Assembly: GCA_963843375.1 (NCBI GenBank)
Contig: CAWJKT010000009.1
Location: 32,001 to 96,000 of the forward strand
Direction of reading: 5' to 3'
Length of the DNA: 64,000 bases
From: an uncultured Pseudomonadota bacterium
GTDB taxonomy: Bacteria; Oederibacteriota; Muellerivitia; Muellerivitales; Muellerivitaceae
The position numbers and the translations under genes are program-made. This document shows positions 1 through 8,170 of the stretch, piece by piece. The stretch's first letter is position 1; each line of letters begins with the position of its first letter. The notes under the pieces are model-generated. The model was not told the DNA's origin. It saw only the letters and a list, made by a program, of their open reading frames with translations, and made no database searches.

Positions 1-2
1 AG

Positions 3-290
3 CGAATGGTCAGCGTGAAGACAGCTTTCAAAATAGCGTGCCGAAGGGCTGGGGTTGAGAATTTCAGGTTCCATGACCTCAGGCATTGTTCGGTCACGAA
101 TATGAGGAAAGCGGGGGTTAGTGACAACGTCACCATGTCGATTCACGGTCATAAGTCAGGCGCAGTATTTAGGAGATATGACCGGGTAGACAGGGAAGAC
201 CGCCACAAGGCCCTTGGAAAAGTTGAAAGTTTGATTGACACGCATATGACACTCGTGGAAAATCAGTCTCCCCTTGAAGGGAGTAAGTAA
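3..290 (+). CDS. Tyrosine recombinase/integrase, C-terminal part (5' end outside window)
   Basis: FRFHDLRH box, HGH and RRY catalytic Tyr region; sits just before a tRNA fragment. Confidence 0.9.
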   Translation, partial: RMVSVKTAFKIACRRAGVENFRFHDLRHCSVTNMRKAGVSDNVTMSIHGHKSGAVFRRYDRVDREDRHKALGKVESLIDTHMTLVENQSPLEGSK

Positions 291-291
291 T

Positions 292-320
292 GCAAAACCC
301 TTTTGTGGAAAGGGTTTTGC
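292..320 (+). terminator. Stem-loop after integrase
   Basis: gcaaaaccctt...aagggttttgc inverted repeat. Confidence 0.5.
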
Positions 321-353
321 AAGATGGAACGTAGATTGTAAAAAGTTGAGCTA

Positions 354-403
354 GCCGCCTTGTAAGCGGCAGGTCACCGGTCCGATTCCGGTCGCCAGCT
401 CCA
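354..403 (+). tRNA. tRNA-Thr(TGT) 3' fragment (att core), not a full tRNA
   Basis: Anticodon stem gccgc/gcggc with loop cttgtaa; T-arm accgg-tccgatt-ccggt; cgccagc-t-cca; no 5' acceptor strand or D arm upstream. Confidence 0.85.
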
Positions 404-563
404 TTTTTTAAAAAATATGTTCCCAGCATGTTTTAAAAGCCTTTGCCTGTAAGGATTTTAGTGATCTTACAGGCAAAGGCTTACTTTTTGAAATGATCAT
501 CAAAGATCATCAGTGCGCCTAAAAATTCATAAAAAATCAAATCATAAGACTCCTATAAGACAC
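359..563 (+). repeat. Direct repeat copy 1 (att junction: tRNA-Thr core, hairpin, arm-like repeats)
   Basis: Near-identical to 57490-57695 (about 3 differences by eye). Confidence 0.95.
437..482 (+). terminator. Hairpin downstream of tRNA fragment
   Basis: aagcctttgcctgtaag...cttacaggcaaaggctt followed by T-run; also at 57568-57613. Confidence 0.7.
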
Positions 564-795
564 GAACTAAAAGCCTACTATATATGGTAGTTACACATTT
601 ATTTGTTTTAGCTCCCAATCCCTTGTTTACATAGATAGGCCTGAAAATAATTTAAAACCAACCTAAAGACTCAATAGGTTTAAGGAAACATGTAGATTGT
701 GGAGATTAAGTTTTGCCCAGCTTGTTAAATTTACTTGAACGTCATTAGAATCCGAAGATTGGCGTTTAACATTCTTTTGAGAAAAGGACAAGGAA

Positions 796-1059
796 ATGAG
801 AAGTAAAGGATGCGAAAGACTAGGGGCCAAACTCTTGACCATCGGTTTAAATTCCGGCAAAGCTGAGTTGTTCCAAGAAGCGGTTGTGGAAATAGTGGAA
901 AATCTTGGTGGGGTTGAAGCTTTTGCAAAGAAAGCAAAAATGTCTGTCCTGCAGTTAAAAAAAGCCTTAGCGAGTCGAGAAGCATTTCAAAGATGGGTTG
1001 ATATAGCCAAGATCGTGAAGGTACTAAGCAATAGCCGGATGGCATTTCATGTAAAATGA
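796..1059 (+). CDS. Divergent HTH addiction-module antidote-like protein
   Basis: EIVENLGGVEAFAKKAKMS...W..I.K pattern parallels the 1242 and 60903 proteins. Confidence 0.5.
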   Translation: MRSKGCERLGAKLLTIGLNSGKAELFQEAVVEIVENLGGVEAFAKKAKMSVLQLKKALASREAFQRWVDIAKIVKVLSNSRMAFHVK

Positions 1060-1241
1060 ATCGGATTGTAGGGCATGATAATTATTTATGACACAATAGA
1101 TTCAAAGTCTATCGGCTACACTGCCACATCATTTCGGATTCGACTTTAAGCACGATTTTTCCCAATAAAATGATGGTTTACACTAAGCCACTACATAGCA
1201 AAAGCCATTAAGTATTGGGGACTTTACAACGGAGGGCAAAA

Positions 1242-1553
1242 ATGACACGTCGAACGGTCGATCATCATGAATTTCTTTTGAAGGAACTTAAGGACCCTGA
1301 AATCCGAAAGGGTTATCTGAACGCCGCCCTGGACGGGTGGGATAAAAAACATTTTCTTTCTTCTCTTAAAAACGTGGTGGACGCATTGGGCGGCATTGGT
1401 AAACTTGGCGCCGAAACTATATTAAGCCGCCAGCATCTTTACGATATGCTTTCCGAGAACGGCAACCCCACGTGGGAGAGTATCCTCAAAGTTGCCCACG
1501 CTTTCCGGTTGAAAGTTCATTTTGAATTGGAACCAGCCAGTAAAAGGCACTAA
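1242..1553 (+). CDS. Addiction-module antidote HTH protein (HI1420-like), orphan
   Basis: YLNAAL...VVDALGGIGKL...SRQHLYDMLSENGNPTW; RBS ggaggg. Confidence 0.85.
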   Translation: MTRRTVDHHEFLLKELKDPEIRKGYLNAALDGWDKKHFLSSLKNVVDALGGIGKLGAETILSRQHLYDMLSENGNPTWESILKVAHAFRLKVHFELEPASKRH

Positions 1554-1663
1554 GATTTTGCAGGGGAAGTTTCCCTCTCCTGCACCAATACTCCAGCTTA
1601 TTTTCCACGACCACACATTTTCAAGTAATCGATGATCTGCCACTTATCAGCTAGGCTACTAGG

Positions 1664-1691
1664 TGTCCACTATGAGGACCCAGATTGAACA
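1664..1691. repeat. Degenerate 28-bp 11-6-11 putative recombination site
   Basis: tgtccactatg-aggacc-cagattgaaca; matches sites at 61306, 62594, 63471. Confidence 0.6.
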
Positions 1692-1747
1692 GAAAAAGCA
1701 CTTTTAACCTTGGATAATCCGTTACCCTTCGAAAAGTGTAACGCTTT

Positions 1748-1775
1748 CGGAGTTCGATTCCCCGTGGGGCCACCA
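1748..1775 (+). tRNA. tRNA 3' fragment (probably Glu), possible att remnant
   Basis: cggag-ttcgatt-ccccg T-arm, then tggggcc-a-cca. Confidence 0.55.
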
Positions 1776-2218
1776 GTTTTTTCGTTTGTTTACCTAGGTT
1801 ATGACGCTTAAATTTTTCTGATCTAACCCTGATCTAACAAGTTTTCCTCTTCCTCAAGACTAAAAGTGAAGTGCTTACTCAAGTCAGGTTTTAAATTATT
1901 AAAGACGCAATAGATTTAAAGTCTATTGGATTCACTGAAAAATCAAGGAGGTTTCCCCAAAACTGGACCGCCAAAATATTAGTATTAGATTTGTAATTCC
2001 GTGTGAAATGGGAATTATTAATAACAACAAAGTAAGGGGTTATTGTCAAGTTATCCACAAAGACACTGAACTCCGGACTATCAATTTGATCTTTTTAAAA
2101 TGAAAATTAAGAAACTTGATGGGGCTCATACATTAATCATAAATGCAAGAGTAGAATTAAATTGATCGCTCAGGTAATTGTTTTTAGAAAACTCGACTGT
2201 TTTTCTTGAAGGCATTTC

Positions 2219-3886
2219 ATGCGAATAGAAAATCTCGATATAAATGAATTACTGGAATTAAGCCCCAAGAGGGGAATTGTTCATTTCGCGGGCCAGCGGG
2301 CTTTGATTTTTGACGCTGTGACTCACGGGATGCTTCGCAATGAGCTCGTTGATAGTTTTGGGGAAAGAACTGCTCGGGGCATTCTTACGCGCTACGGTTA
2401 TATTCACGGCAGGCGGCTTGCCGAAACCCTTAAAGATAAATATAAATGGGTCAACCAAGAGGAATGGCAAAAAGCCGGAGCGCGGATTTATGCCTTATTG
2501 GGTCTTTCTCTGCTGGACTCGGATAGCCCCACTACTTTTAGTTCTGAGGGTGGAACTTTTCACGTCTCCTACGAAGCGGAGCAGCATTTAATTCTCAACG
2601 GCCGTTCGAACAATCCGGTCTGTTGGAATCTTTGTGGAATCATCAGTGGTTACCAAAGTGTAGCATTGGGTAAGGAAATGTACGCGTTGGAAGATAAGTG
2701 TATGGGAAAGGGAGACCTGTTTTGTCATGTGGTCATCAAGACCAAGGAAGAATGGGGCGACAAGGTTGCGGATGAACTGGCGGTTTTCAAACGGGTTGGA
2801 ATTGACGAGGCTTTGGAGTGTGCCGCCGCCAAGTTGAAACAGGTCGAAAGCGAATTAATTGAAAAAACCCGCAAGCTAAATCTCAGCGCCAAAATCAATG
2901 ATGATCCGACGGAACGCATGACCAGAAGTCCCGAGATGCGCAAATTGATGGAACTGGCCAAAACCATCGCAGCGACGGACTCCACGGTTATGATTACGGG
3001 CGAGAGCGGCTCGGGCAAGGAAAGGGTAGCTCGTTTCGTGCACGACCAGTCCTTGCGCGCGGAAGGTCCCTTTATCGCCGTGAATTGCGGAGCTATCACC
3101 GAGACCCTGCTGGAAAGTGAACTTTTTGGCCACGCCCGGGGAGCTTTTACGGGAGCGGCGACGGACCGCCCGGGTCTTTTTGAGGCGGCCAACGGTGGTA
3201 CCCTTTTCCTTGATGAAGTTGGTGAAATTAGTCTTCCCATGCAGGTGAAACTACTTCGGGTACTTCAAGAACGGGAAGTTAGGCGTGTGGGTGAGAATAA
3301 AAGCCGTTCCATCAATGTGCGTATTGTCAGCGCCACCAATAAGATCATGAAAACCGAAGTGGCGCAAAAACGGTTCCGCGAGGATATTTATTACCGGCTG
3401 AACGTAGTCGAATTAACGGTTCCTCCCTTGCGCCACCGCAGGGAGGACATTCTTCCCCTGGCCCAGTTCCTTCTGGCGGAATCCGCCCTTCAAATGAAGC
3501 GGTCTGTGGACGGATTGACAACCGAAGCGGCTGATTGTTTGATGGGTTATGACTGGCCCGGCAATGTTCGCGAACTGGCCAATGCCATGGAGCGGGCGGT
3601 GGCTGTGACTAAGACCAATAGGATCGATGTCGGGGATTTTCCGCCGGAAGTACGATTAGGGAAGTCTTTAGTTTCTAATGCGGGTGTTCCACGGTCCTTA
3701 AGGGATATGGAGAAGGATTGCATCATGGCCGCGTTGGAAAAAACCGAAGGCAATCGTTTCAAAACCGCCGAGCTCATGGGGGTGGGTGTGGCGACGCTTT
3801 ATCGAAAGATCAAGACTTACCGATTGGATAAGACGAAAATCCAAAAAAACGTTAGGAAGCGTGGTTATGCCCGTGGACGAATATGA
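2219..3886 (+). CDS. Sigma54-dependent enhancer-binding activator (XylR_N + V4R + AAA+ + Fis HTH)
   Basis: GESGSGKE, ESELFGH, GAFTGA, LFLDEV, WPGNVREL; N-terminal XylR-like region with Cys-bearing V4R. Confidence 0.95.
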   Translation: MRIENLDINELLELSPKRGIVHFAGQRALIFDAVTHGMLRNELVDSFGERTARGILTRYGYIHGRRLAETLKDKYKWVNQEEWQKAGARIYALLGLSLLDSDSPTTFSSEGGTFHVSYEAEQHLILNGRSNNPVCWNLCGIISGYQSVALGKEMYALEDKCMGKGDLFCHVVIKTKEEWGDKVADELAVFKRVGIDEALECAAAKLKQVESELIEKTRKLNLSAKINDDPTERMTRSPEMRKLMELAKTIAATDSTVMITGESGSGKERVARFVHDQSLRAEGPFIAVNCGAITETLLESELFGHARGAFTGAATDRPGLFEAANGGTLFLDEVGEISLPMQVKLLRVLQEREVRRVGENKSRSINVRIVSATNKIMKTEVAQKRFREDIYYRLNVVELTVPPLRHRREDILPLAQFLLAESALQMKRSVDGLTTEAADCLMGYDWPGNVRELANAMERAVAVTKTNRIDVGDFPPEVRLGKSLVSNAGVPRSLRDMEKDCIMAALEKTEGNRFKTAELMGVGVATLYRKIKTYRLDKTKIQKNVRKRGYARGRI

Positions 3887-3929
3887 TTATTATTGGCTTT
3901 CAAAACTAAGGGTTAAGCTTATCGTGACT

Positions 3930-4187
3930 TTATTTGGCGGTATTTTGAGACTGATTTTGTGTTATGGACGAGCTTTCACCATAAGCTCCCCAATTGTGCC
4001 CGAAGATATGGTCGCAAAAGAAAACGTAGAGGCCGAATAGGGCTAATCCCGCCAAAAGTCCTTTTCCCACAAAACCGGCATTGAAAAGGGGACGGGTCTT
4101 GTTGGTTAATTTTAAATTGTGACCAGCCTCAAAATCGTTTTTTTCCTCAATGGTGCTTTCGTTCATTTCTGGTTGTGATGTCTCCAT
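3930..4187 (-). CDS. Small single-TM hypothetical protein
   Basis: RBS aagggg; one hydrophobic segment; downstream of DUF2934 gene. Confidence 0.5.
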   Translation of the reverse strand: METSQPEMNESTIEEKNDFEAGHNLKLTNKTRPLFNAGFVGKGLLAGLALFGLYVFFCDHIFGHNWGAYGESSSITQNQSQNTAK

Positions 4188-4248
4188 GTCTTATCCCCTT
4201 CTTTTAATTCATGTTTAAACTCAACTGATATTCTTATGCCGTTTTTCT

Positions 4249-4431
4249 TCAGATAGCCTTAAGGCTTTCCTGTATTTCCTTTTCCCCTTCTGCCCAATCG
4301 TGTAACTCGTCACCCGCTTGGGAATATCGTCCACGGTTCAACCAACTGTAATAAGCGGCTTCTTCGATCCTTTTGGTCGTCTCGCTAGCGCTGATAGGAG
4401 GAGCTGATTTGACTATTTTCTTAATGGACAT
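4249..4431 (-). CDS. DUF2934-like small protein
   Basis: RIEEAAYYSWLNRGR..GDELHDWAEGEKEI. Confidence 0.85.
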   Translation of the reverse strand: MSIKKIVKSAPPISASETTKRIEEAAYYSWLNRGRYSQAGDELHDWAEGEKEIQESLKAI

Positions 4432-4491
4432 ATGGATTTCCTTTTTGGTGATTTGGATTTAAAAATATTCATCGAAAGACTGATTAGTAAA

Positions 4492-4507
4492 AGCAAGAAA
4501 TAGGCCG
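4492..4507 (-). promoter_or_regulatory. Sigma54 -24/-12 promoter
   Basis: cGGcctatttcTTGCt on minus strand, canonical spacing. Confidence 0.7.
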
Positions 4508-4568
4508 TGTTTCCTTTGTCGTGTAACCTGATTTCATAAGCCCGATGGGAAGACTCTGTCCTTCCTTC

Positions 4569-4606
4569 TCGATCAGAATGATATTTTGATCGATCATTTT
4601 GATCGA
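4569..4606. promoter_or_regulatory. Putative enhancer (UAS), tandem ATCA-N3-TGAT
   Basis: tcgatcagaatgatattttgatcgatcattttgatcga; near-copies at 40008 and 41562. Confidence 0.7.
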
Positions 4607-4710
4607 AATAAACGAAATTCCGTAGAGGTTGAAAATTTACTATCGGCTCTTAAACGAATATTTCCTTCCGATTTTGAAGTGTTCGAAAGGTTCGTTCTGA
4701 AATTTATGGA

Positions 4711-4726
4711 CGGCATGTTCTTTGCT
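4711..4726 (+). promoter_or_regulatory. Sigma54 -24/-12 promoter
   Basis: cGGCAtgttctTTGCt, canonical spacing, upstream of LysM gene. Confidence 0.8.
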
Positions 4727-4784
4727 TTAATTCTTAAATTGAATTTCATTGATTGTGATATTCGGAATTAATAAGGAAAAAAAC

Positions 4785-5228
4785 ATGAGAAATAACGCGA
4801 AAACAGTGGTGTTTTTATCTTTAACCATGATGGGCTTAGGGGTTTATGGCTGTGGGACACCTAAAGTAGTCACCACCGAGGTTCCGAGCACGGCGGCAAA
4901 TAATGAGGTGGCGGTGGCAACACCCCAACCCCAAGCTCAGCCGCAACCGGCTCCGATGGAGAAGTATGTAGTTCAAAAAGGGGACACCCTTTGGGGGATT
5001 TCGGGCAAAACTGAAATTTACGGCGATTCCTTTCAATGGCCCCTGATTTTTAAGACCAACCGGGATCTCATTCAGGATCCGGACCTCATTTATCCCGATC
5101 AAACATTGACAATTGATAAGAGCGTTTCTGAGGCAGAAACGAAAAAAGCTGAAAAACTTGCCGATGAAACACCGAAATATGTTCCTCACGAGAAAGTTCG
5201 CAAAAAGCTCCCCATAGATTATTTTTAA
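4785..5228 (+). CDS. LysM-domain lipoprotein
   Basis: Lipobox VYGC; YVVQKGDTLWGIS...NRDLIQDPDLIYPDQ. Confidence 0.9.
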   Translation: MRNNAKTVVFLSLTMMGLGVYGCGTPKVVTTEVPSTAANNEVAVATPQPQAQPQPAPMEKYVVQKGDTLWGISGKTEIYGDSFQWPLIFKTNRDLIQDPDLIYPDQTLTIDKSVSEAETKKAEKLADETPKYVPHEKVRKKLPIDYF

Positions 5229-5286
5229 CGATGAAAGTTTTTAAATTATTTTGTTTCTTTTCGCTAAATCAAAATTGGGGGCATGA

Positions 5287-5559
5287 GTGGAAATCATAGA
5301 AAAAATGGAAATTAAAAACCGGTTGGGCCTTCACTTAAGGGCGGCTGCTGAACTGGTGAAGACGGCTTCCAAATACAAATGCCGAATATTGGTCAGAAAA
5401 AACCACCAGCAAGCGGATTGCAGGAGCATTCTAAATCTTATGGCGCTGGCGGCGAGCCATGGATCGGAACTCACGCTGATATTTGAAGGGGATGATGCCT
5501 GGCATGCGCATCAGGCAATTCAAAATCTTTTTCTCAACAAATTCGGAGAAAAGGAATAG
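5287..5559 (+). CDS. ptsH: HPr-family phosphocarrier
   Basis: GLHLRAAA (His15) and SILNLMAL (Ser46). Confidence 0.85.
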   Translation: MEIIEKMEIKNRLGLHLRAAAELVKTASKYKCRILVRKNHQQADCRSILNLMALAASHGSELTLIFEGDDAWHAHQAIQNLFLNKFGEKE

Positions 5560-5626
5560 CGGTTTGAAGATATGGCGGTATCGAATGATCCGGTGATTCC
5601 GTTCGTAAAAAAATTAAGGAGACACC

Positions 5627-8170
5627 ATGAGTCAAACATCCCCTATGAACCATTTGATATATGGGTTGCCTACGGATATCGAGGGATTCGATTCTCTCCT
5701 TGAATTGGCTTTGGATTTGCGCTGGTCTTGGAATCATGCCTCCGATGAAATATGGCGGAATCTGGATCCGGCGCTCTGGGATCAGACCCATCATCCCTGT
5801 GATATCTTGCATTCGGTTTCCCGGCAGAAAATAAGCGCTATGCTCGCCGATCCGGTTTTTCGAAAGAAGATCGACGCCCTTTTGTTATCTAAAAAGCAGG
5901 CGGAAGAAGCGCCTTCGTGGTTTCATAAGCATTATCCGGAATCCTCCCTGTCCTGTGTGGCGTATTTCAGCATGGAATTTATGTTAAGCGAAGCCCTTCC
6001 AATTTATTCGGGAGGCCTGGGCAATGTGGCCGGCGACCAGCTCAAAGCCGCCAGCGATCTGGGCGTTCCGGTGGTGGGCGTGGGCCTGCTCTATCAGCAG
6101 GGATATTTTCGCCAGGTGATCGACAAGCAGGGGAACCAACAGGCCATCTATCCTTACAACGACCCGGGTCAACTGCCCATTACGCCCCTGCGCCTTCCGA
6201 ACGGCGAATGGCTGAGGCTGGAAATCACCCTGCCTGGTCATTCGGTCTGGTTGCGGGCCTGGCAGGCGCAGGTCGGGCGGGTCAAGCTTTACCTTCTGGA
6301 CAGCAATGATGTGGCTAACATTCCCGCGCACCGGGAGATCACCAGTGAACTGTATGGAGGCGGTCCGGAACTTCGGTTGAAACAAGAGATGGTGCTTGGG
6401 ATCGGCGGGTGGCGTTTGCTGCGCGCGATGGGGCTCCAACCGAAAGTCTGTCACCTCAACGAAGGCCATGCGGCCTTCGCTGTGCTGGAACGGACGCAGA
6501 ATTTCATGGAGGAAACCGGCCAGCCTTTTGACACGGCCCTAGCCATCACGCGGGCGGGAAACTTGTTTACCACACACACGGCGGTGGTCGCCGGCTTTGA
6601 TCGTTTTGACCCGGTTCTGATAGAACAATATCTCGGTGGATACGCTGAAAAAAAACTCGGAATATCCCTAGGCAGTCTGCTGGCGCTGGGCCGTCAGAAC
6701 CCGGATGACCCGTCGGAAAGTTTCAATATGGCCTATCTGGCTATCCGTGGAAGCGGGTCGGTCAACGCGGTAAGCCGCCTGCATGGCCAGGTTAGCCGGC
6801 ATCTTTTTGAGCCGCTTTTTACGCATTGGCCTGAGGCTGAGGTTCCCATCGGCCACGTCACGAATGGAGTCCACATGCCCACCTGGGATTCGGCCCCGGC
6901 CGATGATCTTTGGACGGAAGCCTGTGGGAAAGACCGATGGCTGGGTCCGTTGGAAAATCTGGAGCAGAACATCCGCCGCATTTCCGACGATAGGTTCTGG
7001 CGGTTTCGGACCGCCGCTACCAAGTCTTTTGTTGAATACGCGCGTGAGAGGTTGTCCGCGCAACTGGCCGTTTCGGGCGCCTCACCGGAGGAGGTGGAAG
7101 CGGCCAAACATATCTTCGATCCCAACACGTTAACGCTGGGTTTCGCGCGCCGTTTCGCCACTTACAAACGGCCCGATATGCTGTTACACGATCCAGAGAG
7201 GTTGCTACGCCTGTTAACCAATCCCCAGCGTCCAGTCCAACTGGTCATCGCCGGAAAGGCCCATCCGGAGGATCAGGCTGGACAGGCCCTGATCCATGAG
7301 TGGATCAAATTTATCCGCAGACCCGAAGCCCGCCCGCATGTGGTCTTCCTCAGCGACTACGACATGCTTTTGAGCGAATACCTGGTGCAGGGAGTCGACG
7401 TTTGGATCAACACCCCCCGGCGGCCATGGGAAGCCTGCGGAACCAGCGGCATGAAGGTGCTTGTCAATGGAGGCCTCAATCTTTCTGAATTGGACGGTTG
7501 GTGGGCAGAGGCCTATACCCCGGAGGTCGGCTGGGCATTGGGAGACGGCAAAGAGCATGGCGATGATCCCGCCTGGGATGCCGATGAGGCCGAAGCGCTT
7601 TACGGCCTGCTCGAACAAAAAGTGATCCCGGAATTTTATGACCGCGATGGGAGCGGCATTCCGACGGCGTGGGTTCAACGGATGCGCGAGAGCATGGCTC
7701 GATTGACTCCGAATTTTTCCTCCAACCGCGCCGTACGGGAATACACCGAGAAACATTATCTCCCGGCCGCTTCGGCTTACCTTGAGCGCTCGGCAAACAA
7801 AGGCGTCGTGGGTAAACAAATGGTTGATTGGCAAAAAAAATTGGAACAGAAATGGTCCGCGATTCATTTCGGGGACTTGAAGATTGATAACCATGATAAC
7901 CAACACTTTTTTGAGGTTAAGGTCTATCTCAATGACATGGATCCACGATCCGTAAGAGTGGAGCTTTACGCTGAGGGCGCCAAGGGCGAGTCTCCTTTTC
8001 GGCAGGAAATGAAGAAAGTGAGCCCTTTGCCTGACACCATTGGCGGCTTTATTTACGGAGTGAAGATTTCTGAGGGTCGGCCACCGACGGATTATACGGC
8101 AAGAGTGATCCCACACCACGATGGAGTCGCCGTGCCTTTGGAAGAGAAACGGATCCTATGGCAACGATAA
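5627..8170 (+). CDS. glgP: Alpha-glucan phosphorylase
   Basis: YFSMEF, YSGGLG, HLNEGH, RRFATYKR, EACGTSGMK. Confidence 0.95.
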   Translation: MSQTSPMNHLIYGLPTDIEGFDSLLELALDLRWSWNHASDEIWRNLDPALWDQTHHPCDILHSVSRQKISAMLADPVFRKKIDALLLSKKQAEEAPSWFHKHYPESSLSCVAYFSMEFMLSEALPIYSGGLGNVAGDQLKAASDLGVPVVGVGLLYQQGYFRQVIDKQGNQQAIYPYNDPGQLPITPLRLPNGEWLRLEITLPGHSVWLRAWQAQVGRVKLYLLDSNDVANIPAHREITSELYGGGPELRLKQEMVLGIGGWRLLRAMGLQPKVCHLNEGHAAFAVLERTQNFMEETGQPFDTALAITRAGNLFTTHTAVVAGFDRFDPVLIEQYLGGYAEKKLGISLGSLLALGRQNPDDPSESFNMAYLAIRGSGSVNAVSRLHGQVSRHLFEPLFTHWPEAEVPIGHVTNGVHMPTWDSAPADDLWTEACGKDRWLGPLENLEQNIRRISDDRFWRFRTAATKSFVEYARERLSAQLAVSGASPEEVEAAKHIFDPNTLTLGFARRFATYKRPDMLLHDPERLLRLLTNPQRPVQLVIAGKAHPEDQAGQALIHEWIKFIRRPEARPHVVFLSDYDMLLSEYLVQGVDVWINTPRRPWEACGTSGMKVLVNGGLNLSELDGWWAEAYTPEVGWALGDGKEHGDDPAWDADEAEALYGLLEQKVIPEFYDRDGSGIPTAWVQRMRESMARLTPNFSSNRAVREYTEKHYLPAASAYLERSANKGVVGKQMVDWQKKLEQKWSAIHFGDLKIDNHDNQHFFEVKVYLNDMDPRSVRVELYAEGAKGESPFRQEMKKVSPLPDTIGGFIYGVKISEGRPPTDYTARVIPHHDGVAVPLEEKRILWQR

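Noticed and set aside
354..403. Functional tRNA-Thr gene
   Set aside because: The 5' acceptor strand (gctggcg) and D arm are absent in both copies.
2051..2059. DnaA box TTATCCACA as an origin
   Set aside because: Single box, with no cluster or rep gene nearby.
4569..4606. FNR box
   Set aside because: The arrangement is ATCA-N3-TGAT, not TTGAT-N4-ATCAA.
4586..4771. 61-aa ORF, and similarly 39945-40130 and 41628-41918
   Set aside because: They overlie enhancer/promoter DNA and have no recognisable protein features.
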